Shown here piece by piece: positions 10,199 through 18,747 of a stretch of 18,747 nt of DNA. The first letter of the stretch is position 1; each line of letters begins with the position of its first letter. The DNA is taken from NCBI RefSeq assembly GCF_000143415.4, contig NW_003314472.1:1-18747 (forward strand). Direction: 5' to 3'. Origin of the DNA: Selaginella moellendorffii. Lineage: Eukaryota > Plantae > Lycopodiophyta. A model generated the notes under the pieces. It was not told where the DNA came from. It saw only the letters and a program-made list of their open reading frames with translations, and made no database searches. Made by a program: the position numbers and the translations under genes.

Positions 10199-10485
10199 GG
10201 CGTAGGGCACTACGCCCGACTCCCTGCGGGGATGTCGAATCCGTAGACGTATTCTACGGAGGTTGGGTTCGAGTCCCAACCCCCTAGTAAAGCAAGGCTG
10301 GGTTCAAGTCCCGACCCTATACTAGGGCGTGGTGAGGTGAGGAATATAGGGACACCTATATTCCGTTGTCATGGGCTCTTGGCCGGGGAGGCTAACTTAA
10401 GCACACCGCTAAGTGGGGGGATGCCCCCGGAGACATGGACAACAAGTCGTAGGATAAAACGAGACGTTCGATGTGGGCATCGAAC
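10199..10485 (+). other. Structured RNA region in the 3' UTR (serial hairpins, two T-arm/B-box motifs)
   Basis: Eight or more stems are visible by eye, including GGTTGGG-TTCGAGT-CCCAACC and GGAATATAGG-GACA-CCTATATTCC. Confidence 0.65.
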
Positions 10486-10492
10486 TTCTTCT

Positions 10493-10506
10493 ATGGGTGG
10501 TGGAGT
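10493..10506 (+). promoter_or_regulatory. Polypurine tract
   Basis: ATGGGTGGTGGAGT directly before the TGTAAG that starts the 3' LTR. Confidence 0.75.
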
Positions 10507-11653
10507 TGTAAGGAACCGACTCCCCGAGATGTCGTAGGCTAAAGGATCCCCAAAAGCTTGACCGAAGTGACAAAGAGTTCATCAGATGGGACCAAGTCGA
10601 GGATCGAGTCCAAGACTGACTCTAGGACCGAGTTCGAGATAGAGTCCGGAATCGAATCCGAGACTGACTCGGGGACCGAGTTCGAGTCCGAGTTCGAGAC
10701 CGAGTTCGAGACGGAGTCCGGATCCGAAATCGGGTCTGAGACCGAGTCCGAGGTCGAGTCCGAGGTCGGGTCCGAGATCGGGTCCGAGATCAAGTCCGTG
10801 ATCGAGTCCGAACCCGAATCCGAAGTCGGATCCGAAATCGGGTCCGAGATCGAGCCAGAGACTAAGTCCAAATACTAATACGGGTCAAGGGGTGAAAGCC
10901 CAAAGCGTGCGTCTCCCAGGGGGGGGGGGCTGCAGGGGGTTCCAAAAGTATAGTAGGGATAGTGAGGTCCAGGAACCAGTTTAGAAGGGACTCTCCAGTT
11001 GGGCTTCCAAACCGACTTGAGGTTGGGACTGGGACCGAGGGGCCTTGGGTGGGAGTGAGCATGGACTTGGCTGGTGCCGGAGGGGCCATCCAAGGAAGTG
11101 CTCAAGAGCAGCTCCCACTCCCGAAAGGGAAACCGATTGCGGTGCTCCCGGCTCAGGTGGAGTGGTGCCCCACTTGAGTACCTTGTGGCTCATTGGTCCT
11201 CGCCCTTCCGGGGGCTTGGGCCTTTCCTTCGGGATGGAAGAGGGGGGGTAGAGGTACCCATACCGGGCCGTTAGGCCATGGTGTTTCACCCCGACGTCCC
11301 GAAGCAAGTGCTGCACCCAAGGCTTGGGATTTAGAGGGTCCCATGATCAAGCCTTGTGATACCTTGGGGTGTTAGGAATCTGGAGGCTTGGTGTGCTTGG
11401 CTGCTTGTGCCTGCGGGGAGTGTAGCCGAACCTTAAGTCCAGTCTAACCCGGGGAGGGGGATTGGGAGAGATTTGGGAATCCGTAGATGGATGGCTAACA
11501 CTCCGTTGCTCGTGCAGTAAGTAGTTGAAACCAAGTAGGAGCTGGCACCATAGGCGAGAACCTTGGCGAGGGAACTTAGCACAAGCCAAGGCGGAGTTGG
11601 TCGGATAGGCGAGGTAAGCTGGCAAATTGGAAAGGAAAAATTTGTGGCTTACA
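10507..11653 (+). mobile_element. 3' LTR of the chromovirus, 1147 bp
   Basis: TGTAAG...CTTACA termini, preceded by the PPT and followed by the TSD GCCAT. Confidence 0.85.
10590..10860. repeat. Degenerate hexamer array (YCGAGW-like) within the 3' LTR
   Basis: ccgagt/tcgaga/ccgaga/tcgggt periodicity, which produces the spurious E/S-rich ORFs. Confidence 0.8.
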
Positions 11654-11749
11654 GCCATGTGTCAATGTGGCACACATTGAAAACCATAAAACTCTATGAG
11701 ATCAAACCAAAGGCCATGCCACGTGTCAAAATAAAACTCGGATATATCC

Positions 11750-12222
11750 AGGGCCAGACACATCTGGGGCCCGGCATATCGGGTGCCCGACATGTACGGG
11801 GCCCGACATATCGGGTGCCCGACATGTCCGGGGCCCGATATATCGGGGCCCGGACATGTCTGGGTGCCCGATATGTCCGGGGCCAGACATGTCCGGGGGC
11901 CCGACATATCGGGTGCCCGACATGTTCGGGGCCGGAGATATCGGGGCCCGGACATGTCCGGGGCCCGACGTATTGGGTGCCCGACATGTCCGGGGCCCGA
12001 TATATCTGGGGCCCGACATCTCTGGGGCCCGACATATCGGGTGCCCGACATATCCGGGGCCCGACATGTCCGGGGCCGGATATGTCGGGGCCCGGATATG
12101 TCTGGGTGCCCGACATGTCCGGGGCCAGACATGTCCGGGGCCCGATATATCTGGGGCCGGACATATCGGGTGCCCGACATATCTGGGGCCCGACATGTCC
12201 GGGGCCCGACATATCCAGGGCC
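11750..12222. repeat. ~16-bp quasi-palindromic minisatellite (CCCGACATRTC(C)GGG(T)G)
   Basis: About 29 units of 15-18 nt, each nearly self-complementary, often joined by GGGCCC. Confidence 0.9.
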
Positions 12223-12254
12223 TGAGGTATGCCACATGGCATACAAGTGCAGAA

Positions 12255-12630
12255 GAGGTACCTTCCAATGTCATGTCACGTGGCATACAACCTCAAAGGT
12301 GCCACCTCTCCAAGGGTTTGTCACGTGACATGCAACCTCCAAGATGCCACCTTTCCAAGGGTTTGCCACGTGGCATCCATAGGTACCACCTCTCCAAGGG
12401 TTTGTCACGTGGCATGCAACCTCCAAGATGCCACCTTTCCAAGGGTTTGCCACATGGCATCCATAGGTACCACCTCTCTAAGGGTTTGTCACGTGGCATG
12501 CAACCTCCAAGATGCCACCTCTCCAAGGGTTTGCCACGTGGCATCCATAGGTACCAACTCTCCAAGGGTTTACCACGTGGCATGCAACCTCCAAGATGCC
12601 ACCTCTCCAAGGGTTTGCCACGTGGCATGC
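12255..12630. repeat. 39/45-bp alternating repeat (84-bp dimer) with CACGTG G-boxes
   Basis: RCCACCTYTCCAAGGGTTTGYCACGTGGCAT-like units at 12301, 12346, 12385, 12430 and onward. Confidence 0.85.
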
Positions 12631-12751
12631 TATAAGTACATAAAAGTATGCCACATGGCATGCCACCTCATCCAAACCATCCGTCTGAATGCCACCTTCT
12701 AAAAGGTATAGCTCATGGCATATAAATTGCTCAAAATGTATGCCACGTGGC

Positions 12752-12789
12752 AAACCCTACCCTACCCTACCCTAAACCCTAAACCCTAC
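12752..12789. repeat. Short interstitial telomere-like tract (CCCTA and CCCTAAA units)
   Basis: AAACCCTACCCTACCCTACCCTAAACCCTAAACCCTAC. Confidence 0.6.
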
Positions 12790-12945
12790 ACTTGCACATG
12801 GCATAGTGTTGCGTTCCATACATTGAGCCCGTGTGCCATCTTTAGAGCACGTGGAATAACACGTGGCGATATAAGTTACTACGAAAAAAAACAACTCATA
12901 AACATCCAACTTTAGCCGAAATATGAGTTAGCAACACTACATTTA

Positions 12946-14091
12946 TGTAGCGCACGTGGTTTTGACCCTTTATCCTATGGTGATTTACCATAGGATAACA
13001 CCACGAAGCGGAACCTAAACCCTCTTTGTGCCACGTGACAGATGCCACGTGTCACATGCCACGTGTCCATGCCACGTGTCCTTAGGAACCCAAGGTTCAG
13101 GGCCTTGGGCCACTGAACGAAGGAACGGTGCCAAACTCCCAAGCGTGACGCCAAGGAGTGGTGGAACCGGACCACGGAGCAACTCCCGAGCATATAGCCC
13201 AAGGAGCGAAGGGACAGGAGCCCGGAGCGACTTGGAACAGTCCTGGAGCAACCAGCATACCAATGCCAGGACCAGCACGCAAAACGGAGCCAAACGGAGT
13301 CTGGCGCTATTTCGGCATACCGGTGGCCTAATGTGAGGATATGGGTACTCCACCAGCTAGCATGGAATGGAACTTGGGCTTAGACCCAAGCCGGACGCAG
13401 AACAAGGACAGGCACGCAAGCGGGAGCTAGACTATGCCTCAGGTTGGTCGGCCATGCCCGACCTACCCACTATCCCTACTATACATTTGGAACCCCCCAC
13501 AGCCCCCCCCCCCCTTGAGGAACACACGCTTTGGGCTTTCACCCCAAGCCTCCCTTAGTATCAGGAGTTAGTCTCTGGGACAAGCTCGAAACTTACTAAA
13601 TATGGAATGTCCTTAGATTGCGAATTTGGACATGGGACAAACACCATTGTGTTCAGGCCGATCTCTACATTCCGTAGATATGCCAAATGAGCAAATCTGG
13701 ACACTTTCCATAAATAGCATTTGGGACCGAAATGAGACTAACACAAAGGGCATGATAGCGAGGGTGTTTGGCAGACACGGTAAGCTATCATGTAGCGATA
13801 TTGAGGGACCAATCTCAATACGCGAGGGTTCTTGTCAAGCCAGTGCAAGACAAAACGAGACGAGAACTCCTTACCGGGCTAAGTATGCTTAGCTAATAAC
13901 ACGTAGGAATTCCGTCCTTATGCTCATCCGGCCAAGTACAGATGCAAAGTCCAGTTTACTAACACTTGAACAAGAGGGACTGATAAAGGGTCCAGCAATA
14001 CCGACCTCCTGCCATCGTGGCAGTAAGGAAAGAGTGTCCGTAAGGACTGGTCGACAGGTAACTTTCGATACCCGAAGTCACATTCGCGACA
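12946..14091 (-). mobile_element. LTR family A, copy 2 (3' LTR of a second minus-strand element), 1146 bp
   Basis: TGTAGCG...CGCGACA, near-identical to 484-1628. No PBS on the left; a PPT is adjacent on the right. Confidence 0.9.
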
Positions 14092-14109
14092 CTCTTGTGC
14101 CTTTCTTTT
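14092..14109 (-). promoter_or_regulatory. Polypurine tract of family A copy 2
   Basis: Minus strand AAAAGAAAGGCACAAGAG immediately precedes the LTR start TGTCGCG. Confidence 0.7.
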
Positions 14110-15561
14110 GTAGCATTATGCTCGGTGGCAGGTTGCACCTTGCATTTTGTTAAGACTCTATGAGAGTAGTGAGCTCTCACTGATCTTGACTTGGTCTTGG
14201 TGGCCCTGCACCTTGGCTGAGGATGGTGATGTCCAACTTAGTTGTTTGAGGTTGAAATGTTGGTACCCGTACTATAGCTTTGTCTATGAGGAGGTTGTGT
14301 ACCGATATGAGTCCATCTCATGGTCTTCACTTTAGTTTCGACTGAGTGTTGATCACATAGCTAGCCTCTTCAAGGCATGCTCAGAGCTATTGACTAAATG
14401 CATTAGTGAGCTTATTGCGGTTGAGTTGGATTCGAGTGGTCATTTAGTTTGTGCTTGTCTATGAACTTTTATCTCGTACCTGGGGTATTATGTTCATGTT
14501 GGACAAGTATGTAACTTGATGACATGAGTTAGTGTTCGGGTCTTGTGAAGGCAAGTTGAAGGGCGATTGTTAGTTGCTTTGCGACTAGTGATTACTTGTA
14601 GACTTTGTCAAAAAGACCGTTGACACTTGTTTTGCTCGATGATGATTTAGCAGTGGTGGGCTTGCTTGACCGGATGGTGTTGCGGAGGATCGTGTTGTTG
14701 GACTTGCATGGTTTTCCATGTTGGCATGTCGACTTTACCTCTGTTGATATCATTTGGTTACATTTAGTCCGTAGTATTGGATTTCATTGAGTCTTGGACG
14801 TGGTGAATCACTTCTTGATGATGTGTTATCTGTAACTGAGTATTGTTAGAGGATTGGTCTCGGATACTAAGTATAGTATCTTCGACTATGGTTAGCTTGG
14901 TTGCTAGAGAGTTTCAAGTGGTGATTCACTCTTGCTTTCTTCTAGCTTTGTTCTGTTGTTGATGGCATTGAAGTGATGCCTTGTCATTGACATTGTTGAT
15001 GTTGAGGTAAAATGAAATGAGATATCTCTCCATAGGATTGATATTGAGTTTCATTAGTCTTGATAAAAAGTGATGATTTGGCTTTAGCTTTGTGTTGTTG
15101 GCATTTGTGCAATTGCTAGTTAGCAACTGTATTGACGTTCAAATAAACTGAGTGGCAAGTTTGGGTTAGTTGTGTTCTAGACGAGATTGCTTAGTTGAGG
15201 TTGAGCTTTAGCTTTTCCTTGAAAAGTGATTTAGTCGTGAACAATGCTACCTCTATAAGAGTAAGAGTTAGTGATTGGCATTGAAGTGATTGAATCCTTC
15301 TTGGATTTCAATTGAGATATATCAATCATTAATGATTTTTCTTGTGCTTGTTATGAGGTGAGTTACGTCTTGCTGTAGATGGATTCATGGAGGATCGTTT
15401 GATGATCACTTGTTGAGCATAGCTTCGTTATACTTAGCTTTTGGATTGATGCAGAAATGCTCTTCGTTAGCTTTGGTATTATGAAGTTTGGCTTATGGAT
15501 GTGTTGAGGAAGATATTGTGGGTTGCACCATGATTTCTTCTTTAGCATTGAAGTTAGCTTA
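14110..15561 (-). mobile_element. Probable non-coding 3' internal region of family A copy 2
   Basis: Adjacent to the PPT, with strong G/T skew on plus and no convincing ORF. Confidence 0.45.
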
Positions 15562-16328
15562 GCATGCCATGTGTCAATGTGGCACACATTGAAAACCATA
15601 AAACTCTATGAGATCAAACCAAAGGCCATGCCACGTGTCAAATTAAAACTCGGATATATCCAGGGCCAGACACATCTGGGGCCCGGCATATCGGGTGCCC
15701 GACATGTACGGGGCCCGACATATCGGGTGCCTGACATGTACGGGGCCCGACATATCGGGTGCCCGACATGTCCGGGGCCCGATATGTCTGGGGCCGGATA
15801 TATCGGGTGCCCGACATGTCCGGGGCCGGACATATCGGGGCCCGGACATGTCCGGGGCCGGACATATCGGGTGCCCGACATGTCCGGGGCCGGATATGTC
15901 CGGGGGCCCGACATATCGGGTGCCCGACATGTTCGGGGCCGGAGATATCGGGGCCCGGACATGTCCGGGGCCCGATATATCTGGGGCCCGACATCTCTGG
16001 GGCCCGACATATCGGGTGCCCGACATATCCGGGGCCCGACATGTCCGGGGCCGGATATGTCGGGGCCCGGATATGTCTGGGTGCCCGACATGTCCGGGGC
16101 CCGATATATCTGGGGCCGGACATATCGGGTGCCCGACATATCTGGGGCCCGACATGTCCGGGGCCCGAGATATCCAGGGCCTGAGGTATGCCACATGGCA
16201 TACAAGTGCAGAAGAGGTACCTTCCAATGTCATGTCACGTGGCATGCAACCTCAAAGGTGCCACCTCTCCAAGGGTTTGTCACGTGACATGCAACCTCCA
16301 AGATGCCACCTTTCCAAGGGTTTGCCAC
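15562..16328. repeat. Second copy of the satellite block at 11654-12368, including the uninterrupted gypsy target site
   Basis: GCATGCCATGTGTCAATGTGGCACAC... with a single GCCAT (15566-15570), followed by the same 16-bp and 39/45-bp arrays. Confidence 0.85.
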
Positions 16329-17199
16329 NNNNNNNNNNNNNNNNNNNNNNNNNNNNNNNNNNNNNNNNNNNNNNNNNNNNNNNNNNNNNNNNNNNNNNNN
16401 NNNNNNNNNNNNNNNNNNNNNNNNNNNNNNNNNNNNNNNNNNNNNNNNNNNNNNNNNNNNNNNNNNNNNNNNNNNNNNNNNNNNNNNNNNNNNNNNNNNN
16501 NNNNNNNNNNNNNNNNNNNNNNNNNNNNNNNNNNNNNNNNNNNNNNNNNNNNNNNNNNNNNNNNNNNNNNNNNNNNNNNNNNNNNNNNNNNNNNNNNNNN
16601 NNNNNNNNNNNNNNNNNNNNNNNNNNNNNNNNNNNNNNNNNNNNNNNNNNNNNNNNNNNNNNNNNNNNNNNNNNNNNNNNNNNNNNNNNNNNNNNNNNNN
16701 NNNNNNNNNNNNNNNNNNNNNNNNNNNNNNNNNNNNNNNNNNNNNNNNNNNNNNNNNNNNNNNNNNNNNNNNNNNNNNNNNNNNNNNNNNNNNNNNNNNN
16801 NNNNNNNNNNNNNNNNNNNNNNNNNNNNNNNNNNNNNNNNNNNNNNNNNNNNNNNNNNNNNNNNNNNNNNNNNNNNNNNNNNNNNNNNNNNNNNNNNNNN
16901 NNNNNNNNNNNNNNNNNNNNNNNNNNNNNNNNNNNNNNNNNNNNNNNNNNNNNNNNNNNNNNNNNNNNNNNNNNNNNNNNNNNNNNNNNNNNNNNNNNNN
17001 NNNNNNNNNNNNNNNNNNNNNNNNNNNNNNNNNNNNNNNNNNNNNNNNNNNNNNNNNNNNNNNNNNNNNNNNNNNNNNNNNNNNNNNNNNNNNNNNNNNN
17101 NNNNNNNNNNNNNNNNNNNNNNNNNNNNNNNNNNNNNNNNNNNNNNNNNNNNNNNNNNNNNNNNNNNNNNNNNNNNNNNNNNNNNNNNNNNNNNNNNNN
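16329..17199. other. Assembly gap (871 N)
   Basis: Run of N. Confidence 1.
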
Positions 17200-18747
17200 G
17201 CTGATACTCGAGTTGCTAAAGACAGAGAGGTACCAAGCACAACGGCCACTCTTTCTACACCAACTCCAGACTCTATCCAACTCAATTGCCTTAGCCCCAA
17301 AAGTCAGCATCCCTTTTGGGTTGCATCATACAAACTACCTACCAAGGTCTAAGCTAACCGAAGTCAACTCCAACCCCTTCACTAGTTTGTACTGGCCTAC
17401 GAAAACGGAATGGTTTTCGGACAAAATGATCAATAGATTAGCCATTGGAAAAGTCTAAGAAAATTTGTGGAAAATTTCCCATCCTAGATAAAGAATGACT
17501 CTCAGTCCAGGATTGCAAACTTTCAAGACTTCACCAACTACCTCCTACCAACAACTTCACATAGGCTCACCTCAACACAAATTCTCATGATCGAACAACA
17601 TGCTTAAGCATCGAACATCTTTGTCCATATAACCGACATCCAACACTGACATCCGCAAAGTGCAAAATGAACATCCAAGGCTTGATCACGAAGACCACAT
17701 CTTCGGATATCCATATTGCACTAACACTCTTCTTCAATCACCTTCAAGATCCAATGTGAAGCCAAAACACTAACAAGAAAAATGACATGGAAAATCAAGC
17801 TCTAAGGAAAATTCCTCATCACTCGAATCAACAATGCCACTTCCACTAACACAAGTGCTAGTGATGTCAATGCCCCAACTACACATCTTCTCCATCCAAC
17901 AATCTACTCCAAGTGCTAACGGATCAACCGACAAGCTATAGCAAATGAATGCTACAACCCATTCCCAACACCTAATGGGCAAACTCAAGGAAACAAGGTA
18001 CCAACTTAAGCTTAGCATAATGGACCACCATTGAGAATCCAGTCAAAGCTACTACAATGCTACTTCGTGTAAGTAGACTAGCTTCTCCATCAACCACTTT
18101 GGGGTTGATCATCATTTACCCAAGCAACTTCGTAAACGCATTACTCTTTATCACATGGATATGATATAAGCATCACAATGACTTGATCATCAATTGAGTA
18201 ATGCAATGAGCAATGCCTATGTCATTACTTCAAACGTTTATGTGAGTATCAAATGCCAACTCGATTCGACAAAATGCAACATAAATGCCACACTCCACCA
18301 ATAGAGGTTTACGACACCCAACACCACTAACTTTTGTTCACAACACGAACAAGGTCATGCCACTCTCTTTCCGACCAAACTCAACACTAATCCAACACCA
18401 AGCTACTCAAGGAGCAATAGCAAGGTTCCCCGGAAAAGAATTGAGCATTGCAACCCAAGTCTTCCAATAGTGAGTGTAGACCAAAAATGGTTTAGTGTTT
18501 CACCACTATCCATCCCACAACCCACCATTGTAAGACCACCATCTCCAACATGCATCAAGATAGGGACTCTTGATTGCACGATGTGAACACAAGCAATGAG
18601 TTAACACCTCGTTGCAGATCATCTCTCCAAGAAGAGAAAATGATTTACGTATTTGATCCTTCGTCCCTAATGACTCTCTTTTCGGTCTCATATTTGACCA
18701 AACCTCAAGCTTGCTTTCGCACTGCCTTCAGTTCAATCGAAGAAAAG
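17200..18747 (-). pseudogene. Possible highly decayed pol-derived internal sequence
   Basis: Only faint minus-strand echoes of RT and integrase motifs (EWHDLVRVVNK, SIDD, MDKDV, LQS..LDF..IDHF) in gypsy order, with many stops. Confidence 0.25.

Larger units (their letters stand above)
5079..11653 (+). mobile_element. Ty3/gypsy chromovirus LTR retrotransposon (Galadriel- or Tcn1-like) with non-identical termini and 5-bp TSD GCCAT
   Basis: Ends TGTAAG...CTTACA with GCCAT at 5074-5078 and 11654-11658. Contains PBS, gag-PR-RT-RH-IN-chromodomain in gypsy order, and PPT. Confidence 0.9.

Noticed and set aside
10069-10205. Third intron after the chromodomain (AT-rich 10069-10121, or donor GTAAGC at 10164)
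   Set aside because: Donor or acceptor is ambiguous and no conserved protein motif is restored, so it cannot be supported without transcripts.
10255-10320. tRNA gene
   Set aside because: Only T-arm-like hairpins; no acceptor stem, D-arm or anticodon arm in cloverleaf order.
10539-10878. E/S-rich and S/D-rich ORFs
   Set aside because: By-product of the hexamer array inside the LTR.
11750-12630. CRISPR-like array
   Set aside because: No unique spacers, eukaryotic context and no cas genes.
11563-12753. Repetitive GPDMSG-type ORFs (also 15523-16328)
   Set aside because: Translation of palindromic satellites that lack stop codons; open in nearly all six frames.
12935-12945. CACTA transposon terminus (CACTAC)
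   Set aside because: No matching opposite terminus, subterminal repeats or 3-bp TSD is visible.
484-14091. One giant LTR element bounded by the two family A direct repeats and carrying rDNA as cargo
   Set aside because: The PBS lies outside on the left and the PPT outside on the right, the flanks show no TSD, and the copies differ in a patch (~1385-1455 vs ~13850-13915). They are ends of two separate elements.
15695-17458. ORFs of 338-587 aa spanning the gap
   Set aside because: Artefacts of the N run.

Overview
Eukaryotic, land-plant-like DNA from a rearranged nuclear rDNA region packed with LTR retrotransposons. The linked 26S-5S layout and ~50-nt introns suggest a non-seed plant such as a lycophyte or bryophyte (inference). 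Left to right: (1) leader, PBS and 5' LTR of a minus-strand element (family A, 484-1628) abutting the last ~565 nt of 26S rRNA; (2) intergenic spacer (IGS) with 241-bp and 67/135-bp subrepeats; (3) a full-length, strongly diverged but structurally compensated 5S rRNA gene; (4) a 6.6-kb Ty3/gypsy chromovirus (5079-11653) flanked by a GCCAT target-site duplication; (5) palindromic and G-box satellites; (6) the 3' LTR and internal part of a second family-A element; (7) a duplicated satellite block, an N gap and degenerate sequence. The chromovirus is the standout. Its two ends are different LTRs: the left is a 194-bp Cassandra-like LTR with a 5S Pol III internal promoter, and the right is a 1147-bp LTR with an rDNA-spacer/Pol I-like module also found in family A LTRs. 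Its integrase is split by two short GT-AG introns, and its 3' UTR is a dense hairpin array with two tRNA T-arm mimics. No ordinary host protein gene is supported.
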